Shown here one piece after another: positions 27,216 to 35,869 of a stretch of DNA of 64,000 nt. The stretch's first letter is position 1. Each line of letters begins with the position of its first letter. A program made the translations under genes and the position numbers. Below the pieces are notes generated by a model that was given only the letters and a program-made list of their open reading frames with translations, ran no database searches and had not been told where the DNA came from. The stretch is from contig OZ240219.1 in assembly GCA_965197645.1 (NCBI GenBank), positions 1,344,001-1,408,000 on the forward strand, written 5' to 3'. Origin of the DNA: Dehalococcoidia bacterium (GTDB taxonomy: Bacteria > Chloroflexota > Dehalococcoidia > Plut-88900).

Positions 27216-27526
27216 GGCGGGCCGTGACGCTGCTGATGCTCACCGGCGCGGCCCTCGTGTTCACGGGGGCTGCGCCGGAGGAGCGCGACACGATGCTGGA
27301 GCAGTTCGACCGCGTGCTCACGGCGATGGCCTACGCGGGCTCCGGCCTCGCCGTCTTCGCCATCGTCTGGGCCGGTTTCATCCTGATGGCCGAGGGAGGC
27401 GAGGAGCGGGGTGGCGGAAGGGCAAAGACCGCCGTCGTCATGGCGGTGGTCGGCCTGGTCCTGGTGCTCTCGGCCAAGGGCGTCGCCGCCCTCCTGAGCC
27501 ACGGCGTCATCCCACCAACCCCCTAG
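27212..27526 (+). CDS. Second TrbC/VirB2-like pilin
   Basis: AIVWAGFILM..G....RAKTAV..AVVGLVL; GTGA overlap with the upstream stop. Confidence 0.7.
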   Translation: MRRAVTLLMLTGAALVFTGAAPEERDTMLEQFDRVLTAMAYAGSGLAVFAIVWAGFILMAEGGEERGGGRAKTAVVMAVVGLVLVLSAKGVAALLSHGVIPPTP

Positions 27527-27545
27527 AGAAAAGGAAGCGAGCGAA

Positions 27546-29825
27546 TTGAAGAAGCTGCTTGAACGAATCACGAGACGCGGAGCGGGGAGTACCCCTGACG
27601 GGGACGTCGCTCCGCCGGCAATACCGGAGGGCGGACTCACCACGGAGCCGGAATCCAACGCAACGACGGAGACCCCGGTCCCCAAGCTCCCGCCCGAGCT
27701 GCCCCTGTTCTTCATGCTGTCCCACCTGGACGACGACTGTCCCGTCCGCCTGGACGGGGTGAAGCTCGGCGTCTGCGAGGTGATGGGCCTTGAGATAGAC
27801 GAGCCGAAGCTGGGGGCATTCGCCGGGGCGCTCAACGCCCTGGACTTCCCCGCCCAACTGCTCATCAGGCAGCACCCGCCACGTCTGGCAGGGATGCGGG
27901 AGAAGCTGAAGGAGGCCCATCCGGAGGACCTTCCCCCGCAGACGAGGGCGGCCGCCGAGTCCCTTGGGCGACTGCTCACCGACCTTGAGGCAAGGGACGG
28001 CATCCTCGACCGGCGCTTCTACGCCGTGTGCGAGGCGGCCCGCATCGACGACCTGCGGGGCCTGCTTGCAAGAGCCGGGCTTTCCGTCCACCTGCTGAAG
28101 GGCAGGCAGCTCCGCATGTTCCTGGTGGCCGCAACTCTCGGCGGCTCACCCTCCGAGTTCGACGAGGAGACGCCCGTCGAGGTGGAGATAGGACGCCGCG
28201 ACATGCGCGTCGGAGACCGGCTGGTCCGCTCCCTTCACCTGGGCAAGTGGCCCCGGTCGCTGGCCCCCGGCTTCCTGCAAGGACTCATGGCGGCGGGAGC
28301 TCCGATGGACCTGGCCGTCCACGTCGGCCCGATACCGGCGGAGCAGGCGGCCAGGACGCTTGAGTGGCAGAAGGTGCGCTTCGAGTCGGCGCAGTCCCTC
28401 TCCTTCAAGCGCGGGCGCACCATGTCCCCCGAGGCGGAGATCGCCCTGGAGGACATCACCCGGCTGCGCGACGAGGTGCAGCGGGGACGGGAGAGGCTCT
28501 TTCATGCGTCGCTGTCAGTGACGCTCCATGCGAAAGACGAGGCGTCGCTCAGGGAGATGACCCAGCGGGCGAAGGCCCACTTCGGAGCGACCCTGGGCAA
28601 GCTGGACGCCCTGGCCTTCCGGCAGAGGGAAGGTCTCTTATCTACCCTGCCCCTGGCCCTGAACGCCGTGGCCGAGTGGCGCAGCCTGGACACCTCCAGC
28701 ATCGCCCGTCTCTTCCCCTTCTCACCCCCGGACCTGGACACCCGCTCCGGGACCCTCTACGGCATCGACATGCGGGCCTGCTCCCCGGTGGTCTACGACC
28801 CCTGGGACGGAACGCACCTCAACGCGAATACGGCTGTGTTGGCCCGCTCCGGCTCAGGAAAATCCTTCGCCACCAAGCTGGGCGTGCTCAGGGGATTGAC
28901 GAGAGGCATCACCGCCTACGTCATCGACCCCGAGGGCGAGTACGCGGACATGGCCCGCGCAGCGGGCGGGCGCGTTCTCAGCCCCGGCGTGCCGGGCGAG
29001 GGCATGAACCCCTTCGTCATCGACAGGGGCGACTCCGAGGAGCTGCTCCAGCGCATCGGCAGCCTGAGACGCCTCATTGAGGTGATGGTGGGGGAAAGCC
29101 TCGGCGCGGAGCGACGGGCCTCCCTCGACCACGCCCTGGCGGGCTACTACGCCCAGACCCGCGAGCGCACCGGCTTCCGAGACTTCTACGCATATTTGCA
29201 AGAAGACGAGGCGGGAGACCCCGCTCTCGCAAGGCTGCTCCGGCCCTTCGCCACCGGCAGCCTCAGACACCTGCTATCCGACGAAGGCGATGACCTGCTG
29301 GGCAACGAGGCCCTGGTCACCGTCTTCGACCTCCGCCTCCTCGAACCGGAGCTTCGCCCCGCCGCCGCGATGGTCTGCACCGAGACGGTGTGGGCCGCCG
29401 CGGCCCAGGACCCCAAGCCGAGGCTGCTGGTGGTGGACGAGGTGTGGTCGATCATGCAGCACCCCGAAGGCGCGGCCTTCATGGTCAGCATGGCGAAGCG
29501 GGCGAGGAAGCACCGGCTGGGGTTGCAGTTCATCACCCAGGACGTCCAGGACCTCCTCTCCGAGGACACGTCGAGAACCATCACCGGCCACTCCGGTCGC
29601 GCCCTGCTCCAGAACGCCGCCTTCAAGCTCCTCCTCCAGCAGGACGCGGCGGCGATAAGCACGGTGGGAGACGCCTTCGACCTTCCCCAGGACCTCCAAC
29701 GCTGGCTCCTATCGTGTCCGCGTGGAGACGGGCTGTTGCTGGCACGAGGCAACCGATTCCCCGTGCGCATCGAGGCCACGCCGGAGGAGACGGCGGTAAT
29801 CGAGTGGACGCCCGGACGCCATTAG
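27546..29825 (+). CDS. virB4: VirB4-like conjugation ATPase
   Basis: ARSGSGKS Walker A, VIDPEGEY, LLVVDEVW, KRARK..ITQ. Confidence 0.88.
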   Translation: MKKLLERITRRGAGSTPDGDVAPPAIPEGGLTTEPESNATTETPVPKLPPELPLFFMLSHLDDDCPVRLDGVKLGVCEVMGLEIDEPKLGAFAGALNALDFPAQLLIRQHPPRLAGMREKLKEAHPEDLPPQTRAAAESLGRLLTDLEARDGILDRRFYAVCEAARIDDLRGLLARAGLSVHLLKGRQLRMFLVAATLGGSPSEFDEETPVEVEIGRRDMRVGDRLVRSLHLGKWPRSLAPGFLQGLMAAGAPMDLAVHVGPIPAEQAARTLEWQKVRFESAQSLSFKRGRTMSPEAEIALEDITRLRDEVQRGRERLFHASLSVTLHAKDEASLREMTQRAKAHFGATLGKLDALAFRQREGLLSTLPLALNAVAEWRSLDTSSIARLFPFSPPDLDTRSGTLYGIDMRACSPVVYDPWDGTHLNANTAVLARSGSGKSFATKLGVLRGLTRGITAYVIDPEGEYADMARAAGGRVLSPGVPGEGMNPFVIDRGDSEELLQRIGSLRRLIEVMVGESLGAERRASLDHALAGYYAQTRERTGFRDFYAYLQEDEAGDPALARLLRPFATGSLRHLLSDEGDDLLGNEALVTVFDLRLLEPELRPAAAMVCTETVWAAAAQDPKPRLLVVDEVWSIMQHPEGAAFMVSMAKRARKHRLGLQFITQDVQDLLSEDTSRTITGHSGRALLQNAAFKLLLQQDAAAISTVGDAFDLPQDLQRWLLSCPRGDGLLLARGNRFPVRIEATPEETAVIEWTPGRH

Positions 29826-29842
29826 AGAAAGGAATAGCACCC

Positions 29843-32458
29843 ATGAAGCTGAACACGAAGAACCTGCTGTTCGGGGACGACCGGGACAAGAAAAGTCCCG
29901 TGCTGCTGGCGGTGACGCCGCCGCGGGCGGGCGAGCGCACGCTCCTGGGAGTGGAGAACCTCCTCCAGTCCATCGCCGTGCCGGAGCCCTTCTCCCTGGA
30001 GCTTGCCGGGGACATGGACGGCGTGACGCTGATGGCCCGCTGCCTGGACGACCGGGTGGTGCGGGGCCAGCTCTCCGCCCACTACCCCCAAGCCCGCATC
30101 CAGACGGTTGACCCGGAGGACGACCCCCTGCGTGTGGGCGAGAAGGAACAGGCGTGGAGCATGACCCTGCGGGCGGACGGCCCCGAGTACGTCCCCCTCA
30201 GGACCTTCAGGGACGACGACCTGCTCGACCCCGGCTCCGACCCCCTCATAGCCCTCATGGGCGCTCTGTCCGCCCTCTACGAGGGGGAGCGGGTGGTGGC
30301 CCGTCTGTTGCTGCGCTCCCTCGGCCCCGACTGGTCCCAGGCCCACATGGACAAGGCCCACAAGCGGCCCGGCATGGAGCCGAGGGAGCCCGCCTACACC
30401 TTCCAGACCAAGCCTCTACAGATGGACGGCATCACGATGGCCGTGCTGGGCATCGGGGCTCTGGCCGCCCTGAAGGGCTATCTGTGGGTGCAGGACGGGG
30501 AGATATGGAAGGCCGCGCTCCTTGGGACGGGAACGGCGCTGGGACTGGCGGCAGGCGGCTGGGCGTGGTGGCGGTGGAAGCGAGCGCGGAGTCGAGTCGA
30601 AGACCCGATCCTGATACAGGAGAAGGTGTCACGCATCGCCTTCGACGCCGAGCTCCAGGTCACGGCGATAGTGCCCTCACGCACGGGGCCGCAGCGGGCC
30701 GGGGAGCTTCTCGGCCCCGTGGCCGCCGCCTACCGCCACTACGACAACCCCGCAGGGGCGCGCTTCAAGGTGGACAAGGTCCGGCCCGTCGCGCCCGACC
30801 GGGAGAACCTGCACCCCCCAGGCCCCGGCCTGTTCGGGGGGCGCAGCGTCCTGGGAGTCCGGGAGATCGCCTCGCTGTGGCACCCGCCCGGAGCGGGGGA
30901 CGAGACGCCGTTGGTGGAGCGGTCCGGCGCGAGGGCGCTCAGCCCGTCGGCGAAGGGAACCAGGGGCGGCGCGCTGGTGGGCGACACCACCGCGGGCGCC
31001 AGGAGGGAGATCCGCTTTCCCGCAGACCTGCTGCGTCGTCACCACCTCTACGTCGCCCGCACCCGCATGGGCAAGTCAACCCTCATGCACCACCTCGTCA
31101 CGCACAAGATGCAGGAGAAGGCGGCGGGCAGGGACGGAGACGCCATCGTGGTCGTCGATCCCCACACCGACCTGGTGGCCGGCATCCTCGAACACGTCCC
31201 CGACTCCCTCGCGGGCCGCGTGCGCCTCATCGACCTGTCCGACGAGACCCGCTCCCCCGGCATCAACCTGCTGGACACCCGCATCTTCTCCGACCGGGAC
31301 CGCACCGCCGACTCGGTGGTGCGCGTGGCGAAGGGCCTGTGGGAGCAGTGGGGGCCGAGGATGCAGTCGATCCTGGAGCAGACGGTCAAGACGCTGCATG
31401 AAGCCAACGAGCAGATGGAGGCGGAGCGGCAGTTCACCATCCTCGACGGGCTCAAGCTCCTGTCCAACGACCCGTTCCGCAAGGACGTGCTCAAGAAGGT
31501 CTCCGACCCCTACCTCCTGGAGTGGTGGGGCAGCACCTTCACCGGCTGGAGCCGCGACTACAAGGCCGACTCCCTGGCCCCCGTCCAGACCCGCCTCTCC
31601 TACTACGCTTCGTCGAAGCGGGCGCGGGCCATCCTGGGCCAGCGCCGCTCCACCATCGACCTGCGCCGCACCGTCCACGACGGCGGCGTGCTTCTCGTGT
31701 CCACGTCCCAGGGGACCGTCGGCAGGGACGTGGCCGCCCTGGTGGGCGCGTCGCTCCTGAACCTCGTTGACGCCGTGATCCGGGAGCAGGGACGGCTGCC
31801 ACTCCACAGGCGCCGGGGCGCGCTGGTCGTGGTGGACGAGATGCAGTCGATGCCCGGCGTGGACTACGAGAGCATGTTGTCCGAGCTGGGCAAGTTCGGG
31901 GCGAGCTTCATCCTGGCCACACAGAGCCTCGCCAAGCTGGACGACCTCTCCCGCACCATGCGGGACACCGTTCTCGCCAACGTGGGCTGCCTCGCCGTCT
32001 TCCAGGTGGCGGGCAACGACGCCCGGACCCTGGTGTGGGAGCTGGGCAAGGAACGGGTGACCGAGGACGACATCACCTCGCTCCCCGTCCACCACTGCTA
32101 CGTCCGCGCCACCGTGGGAACGGAGCGGATGCCCGCCTTCTCGATGATGGTCAGAAAGCCGGAGGACGGAGACCCCGACGCCGCCGACCGCATCCGCGAG
32201 GCCACGTCCGCCTACACCGTCTCCGACCGCGAGGGCGAGTACGCCGACGCAGACGGCCACAAGAAGGTGGGCGACTACCGCAAGGGCGTCGAGGACCTCG
32301 AACAGGGAGGGACGGGAGAGCCGCAGGCCGAGGAGGACGCGGACCGCAGAACGCAGAAGAGCAAGCGAGACCGGGAAGCGTCGGACGCCGCGAGCGAGGC
32401 GGGGTACGCCGACGAGGACCGCGCCGCCGAAGACGAGGGAGAGGAGGCTGAGCTATGA
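29843..32458 (+). CDS. virD4: Type IV coupling protein (VirD4/TraD-like)
   Basis: RHHLYVARTRMGKST, VVDPH.DL, VVDEMQ, LATQSLA, NVG; two TMs; acidic tail. Confidence 0.85.
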   Translation: MKLNTKNLLFGDDRDKKSPVLLAVTPPRAGERTLLGVENLLQSIAVPEPFSLELAGDMDGVTLMARCLDDRVVRGQLSAHYPQARIQTVDPEDDPLRVGEKEQAWSMTLRADGPEYVPLRTFRDDDLLDPGSDPLIALMGALSALYEGERVVARLLLRSLGPDWSQAHMDKAHKRPGMEPREPAYTFQTKPLQMDGITMAVLGIGALAALKGYLWVQDGEIWKAALLGTGTALGLAAGGWAWWRWKRARSRVEDPILIQEKVSRIAFDAELQVTAIVPSRTGPQRAGELLGPVAAAYRHYDNPAGARFKVDKVRPVAPDRENLHPPGPGLFGGRSVLGVREIASLWHPPGAGDETPLVERSGARALSPSAKGTRGGALVGDTTAGARREIRFPADLLRRHHLYVARTRMGKSTLMHHLVTHKMQEKAAGRDGDAIVVVDPHTDLVAGILEHVPDSLAGRVRLIDLSDETRSPGINLLDTRIFSDRDRTADSVVRVAKGLWEQWGPRMQSILEQTVKTLHEANEQMEAERQFTILDGLKLLSNDPFRKDVLKKVSDPYLLEWWGSTFTGWSRDYKADSLAPVQTRLSYYASSKRARAILGQRRSTIDLRRTVHDGGVLLVSTSQGTVGRDVAALVGASLLNLVDAVIREQGRLPLHRRRGALVVVDEMQSMPGVDYESMLSELGKFGASFILATQSLAKLDDLSRTMRDTVLANVGCLAVFQVAGNDARTLVWELGKERVTEDDITSLPVHHCYVRATVGTERMPAFSMMVRKPEDGDPDAADRIREATSAYTVSDREGEYADADGHKKVGDYRKGVEDLEQGGTGEPQAEEDADRRTQKSKRDREASDAASEAGYADEDRAAEDEGEEAEL

Positions 32459-34107
32459 GACCCGAAGGATGCGAGGCGGAGCTGCTCCGCGCCCTGGCCG
32501 CGATGCCCTTCCTCGACCGCCTGGAGATGGTCGCCGTCACCGGCTGGTCGAGGGGACCGGTCTACGAGGCCGCCGCAAAGCTGGAGTCGGAAGGCTTCTG
32601 CGCATCGGCGCTCCACGCCACCGACATCCTCCCCCCGGCGCGGAGGTTCCACCTCACCGCAGCGGGGCTGCGCAGGCTCGCCGACGAGGAGGACATCTCC
32701 CCCGACGAGCTGGTGCGCTCCCGCCCCGTCTCCGCCCAGTGGCGGCGCAACCTCATGGAGCGCATGGACGCCCTGGCCGCCGTCTATCACGTCGCGTCCA
32801 TCGTCTCCAACGTCGGCTATCCCATCGACTTCCGCTGGTACAGGGCCATGCCGATGGACGCCGCCATGACCCTCCCGGACGGCAGGACCATCGGCGTCGT
32901 CAGGCAGGGACTCACCGCCGACAGGTCGGGCTTCGCCAAGCGCATCTGGCGGATGCGCGACGAGCCGATGCCCGGGGCCGTGCTCATGCTCATGGCCGAC
33001 CACGTGCGGCTCAGGCACGCCCGAAGGATGCTGGCCACCACCCGCATACCCGCCCTGTTCGCCGTCGAGCGCGAGGCGGTCCTGGCCAAGCCCGGAGACC
33101 GGATATGGAGTCCCTCCGCCGTCAGCGCGTCCCTAGACCTGCGCTACGTCCTCGACCGGCTGGGTCCGGGCGGGCAGCTTCCGGTAGAGCCGGAGCCGCA
33201 GCGGGCCGACTTCCCCGCCGACGTCGCCGTCGAGGGGCCGGAGTGGGACATCTCCGACCCCATGCTGCCCTTCATGCTCAAGTCCGCAGAGAAGCGCGCC
33301 CTCGACGCCATCTCCGACTGGCCCTGGATCGCCCTGGGAGACCTGGCCGGGCTGCTGGGCGTCTCGCCCCAGAGGGCTTCGCAACTGGTCAACCCCCTGG
33401 AGGGATTCGACCTGGCGGCGCGGCCCCGCGACGCGGGCGGACGCCTCGTGGTCGCCGACCGGGGGCTGGCCCTGCTCGCCCGCAGGGACCGCACCTCCGT
33501 CGGCCTGGCGAGGAAGCGGTGGAGCGTCGCCCCGCGGGACGCCGACGCCCCGCTGGAGTGGCGCAACGTCTCCGGCAGCAGAACGCGGCAGCTTCTCAGG
33601 AACATGGAGCACACCGACGCCGTCCACGGCTTCCTGGCCGCCCTGACCGCGCAGGCCCCCCTGCTGGAGTGGGAGGTCGTCCAGCTCGACCCGCCCAGGA
33701 GGGCGTCGAGGCACTTCAGGCACGAGGGCGGGATGCGCTCCGTCAACCCCGACGCCTTCGGCGTACTGAAGAAGGGCGATGCGACCTGGGCCTTCTTCCT
33801 TGAGTGGGAGCGAAGGGCCGTGCGGCCCTCAACCATGTCCCAGCGACTCGCCCCCTATCTGCGCTACTACTCATCCCACAGACCCACCGACGACCACGGC
33901 ACGAGACCCTCGGTCCTGGTCGTCTTCGACGACGAGATCGCACAGACCCACTTCCTGCGCGTGGCGCGGGAGGAGATGCGGGCGGAGGGCGCGACGGTGC
34001 CCCTGTGGGTGTCCCACAGGGAGGCCGTCCACGCCCTGGGGCCGCTGGGACGCGCATGGCGCGTCCCCGGCGATTGGGAGTCGCCCCAGGCCCCGACGCC
34101 CCCATGA
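32455..34107 (+). CDS. Replication-relaxation (Replic_Relax / MOB-L-like) relaxase with two-domain architecture
   Basis: EHTDAVHGF, NPDAFG..FFLEWER..RLAPYLRYY..P.VLVV; ATGA-coupled to the coupling protein. Confidence 0.75.
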   Translation: MRPEGCEAELLRALAAMPFLDRLEMVAVTGWSRGPVYEAAAKLESEGFCASALHATDILPPARRFHLTAAGLRRLADEEDISPDELVRSRPVSAQWRRNLMERMDALAAVYHVASIVSNVGYPIDFRWYRAMPMDAAMTLPDGRTIGVVRQGLTADRSGFAKRIWRMRDEPMPGAVLMLMADHVRLRHARRMLATTRIPALFAVEREAVLAKPGDRIWSPSAVSASLDLRYVLDRLGPGGQLPVEPEPQRADFPADVAVEGPEWDISDPMLPFMLKSAEKRALDAISDWPWIALGDLAGLLGVSPQRASQLVNPLEGFDLAARPRDAGGRLVVADRGLALLARRDRTSVGLARKRWSVAPRDADAPLEWRNVSGSRTRQLLRNMEHTDAVHGFLAALTAQAPLLEWEVVQLDPPRRASRHFRHEGGMRSVNPDAFGVLKKGDATWAFFLEWERRAVRPSTMSQRLAPYLRYYSSHRPTDDHGTRPSVLVVFDDEIAQTHFLRVAREEMRAEGATVPLWVSHREAVHALGPLGRAWRVPGDWESPQAPTPP

Positions 34108-34182
34108 ACGAAGAACACGACTGCGGGAGCGTGAGCCGCACGGCCGCTCCCGCCTCTATTGCTCACAGGAGACCGAATAGCC

Positions 34183-34464
34183 ATGAGATCGCAGGACGCC
34201 AACGAAGCGAAGGGACACCGGAGGCGTGGAGGACGGGCCGTTGTCCGGCTCAACGCGGCGGCGCTCTGGCAGCGGTTGGCACTGCTCAACCGCTCCCAGA
34301 GCTGGCTCGCCGGAGAGGTCGGCATCAGCCACGGATACCTCTCCATGCTGGTCAACACGGGGCGAGCGCCCTCCGGACGCATCCGCACGCGGATGCAGAA
34401 GGCCCTTGAAGTGGAGAACTTTGAAGACCTTTTCGAACTGGAGGATAGCGATGACACAACCTAA
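34183..34464 (+). CDS. XRE-family HTH protein
   Basis: SQSWLAGEVGISHGYLSMLVNTGRAPS..FEDLF. Confidence 0.8.
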   Translation: MRSQDANEAKGHRRRGGRAVVRLNAAALWQRLALLNRSQSWLAGEVGISHGYLSMLVNTGRAPSGRIRTRMQKALEVENFEDLFELEDSDDTT

Positions 34465-34774
34465 CGGTAAGCCCCGCATCGACGGGAGCATCGAAGACTA
34501 CGTGAACGACGAGGAGCGCCTGCTCTACGGAAACCGGCTGTCGGACGACTTCCCTGTACGCCTGGTGCGCCTGAAGGAGCTCGCCGACCTCACCTGGAGC
34601 GGATTCGCCAGGGCCATCGGCGTCGATTACAGGCAGATGTACAAGTGGCGCAAGCATGGCGTCGAGCCCAGCGGCGCGGCGATGGACCGGCTCTACAAGT
34701 TCGCCAGCCGGCTGCCCGGAGGTCTGGAGATCCTCCTGGGGGGGAGCTACCAGATGAGCTTCCTCAGGGACTGA
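34451..34774 (+). CDS. XRE-family HTH protein, paralogous to 15318-15563
   Basis: DDFPVRLVRLKELADLTWSGFARAIG; GGAGG RBS. Confidence 0.75.
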   Translation: MTQPNGKPRIDGSIEDYVNDEERLLYGNRLSDDFPVRLVRLKELADLTWSGFARAIGVDYRQMYKWRKHGVEPSGAAMDRLYKFASRLPGGLEILLGGSYQMSFLRD

Positions 34775-34884
34775 TCCCATAGCGCCGCCGGTGCTCGCCC
34801 CGTCCGTCCGCACCGGCGGCCAAACCCCACACCTGAAACGAGAGGCCAGCGGCCCCGAGAGAGAAGCCGCTGCGACTGTGACCC

Positions 34885-35097
34885 ATGAGAGACAACGAAG
34901 GCAAGAGGAGACGAAAGAGGCCCGGCGAGGACGGCCCCGAAGACTCGCTGGACGCGCTGCTGTCATCCTACACCCCCAAACAGCGGGAGAAGGTCCTCAA
35001 AGGGCTGCGCGTCCTGGCGCGGGTGGCCGTCCGCTCCTTCATGGAGGAAGAGGCGGCCCGGTCCCAGGCCGAGGACGACACGGATGGGGAGGGGTGA
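34885..35097 (+). CDS. Small hypothetical protein
   Basis: Co-oriented ORF with an amphipathic helix GLRVLARVAVRSF. Confidence 0.55.
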   Translation: MRDNEGKRRRKRPGEDGPEDSLDALLSSYTPKQREKVLKGLRVLARVAVRSFMEEEAARSQAEDDTDGEG

Positions 35098-35140
35098 CGT
35101 GGGCTGTAGCTGGAAGGTGCGCGGCGGAGGCCGCAGCCTG

Positions 35141-35497
35141 CTAGTAGAGGATCATGTGCGTGGGAACCAGACGCTGAGCTTCGGGGTCCACCGCCAGGGC
35201 CAGACCCTCCAGGGTGTAGGCCCCCAAAAGCGGAGGGGCCTCGTCCTTTCCGAAGACGACGATGGTGACTACGCTCTCGCCGTCGATGGTGGCCCACGCC
35301 TGTCCGTACTCCATCTCGACGCGCCGCCCGTCGGCCACCAGGAACCCCCGCTTGCCCGTGGCCTCGATGCCCAGCTCCCGCAGAAGGCTTGAGGGCAGCG
35401 TGGTGAATGACGCGCCGGTGTCCACCGTCGCCTCTATGTACCGTCCCTGTTGGCCGTCCATGCTGGCAATCCGCAGCGGCCACTTGAATGTCCCCAT
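35141..35497 (-). CDS. Clan AA (retropepsin-like) aspartyl protease
   Basis: VDTGA; ADGR; LLGAYTLEGL. Confidence 0.88.
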   Translation of the reverse strand: MGTFKWPLRIASMDGQQGRYIEATVDTGASFTTLPSSLLRELGIEATGKRGFLVADGRRVEMEYGQAWATIDGESVVTIVVFGKDEAPPLLGAYTLEGLALAVDPEAQRLVPTHMILY

Positions 35498-35574
35498 AGA
35501 GGGAGCCTCTCCATCGCAGTTTTCTACCACCCCATTTTACCCCATTCGGACCGCTCTATACAGGGGAGCGGCCA

Positions 35575-35625
35575 TTGACAGGGCGGCCCGTTTCGTTCAT
35601 GATAAGAGTAAGACTTAGTATTACT
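35575..35625 (+). promoter_or_regulatory. Promoter TTGACA-17-CATGAT with downstream AGTAA..TTACT operator-like site
   Basis: 35575-80, 35598-603 and 35607-25, directly upstream of RHH-integrase. Confidence 0.55.
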
Positions 35626-35644
35626 ATGGAAGGCAAAAAAACAC

Positions 35645-35869
35645 ATGCCCAGGACGACGGAGATCATCACCTTCTCGTTGCCCCCGGAGATGGCCGGGCA
35701 GGTCAGGCAACTGATGGAGGAGGAAGACCGCACCATGAGCGCCCTCATCCGCGAGGCGCTCCGCCTGTATATGCAGGAGAGGGAGTGGCTGCGGCAGGAG
35801 CGCCGCCAACGGGCCGAGACCCGCAGGAACCAACAGCGGACAGACACAAGAAGGAGGACGAGCAGATGA
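35645..35869 (+). CDS. CopG-type ribbon-helix-helix regulator
   Basis: IITFSLPPEM..EEDRTMSALIREALRLY; ATGA overlap with the integrase. Confidence 0.85.
   Translation: MPRTTEIITFSLPPEMAGQVRQLMEEEDRTMSALIREALRLYMQEREWLRQERRQRAETRRNQQRTDTRRRTSR

Noticed and set aside
35575-35865. N-terminal extension of the integrase in the ORF track
   Set aside because: Overlaps the promoter and RHH gene; the RBS-backed ATG is at 35866.
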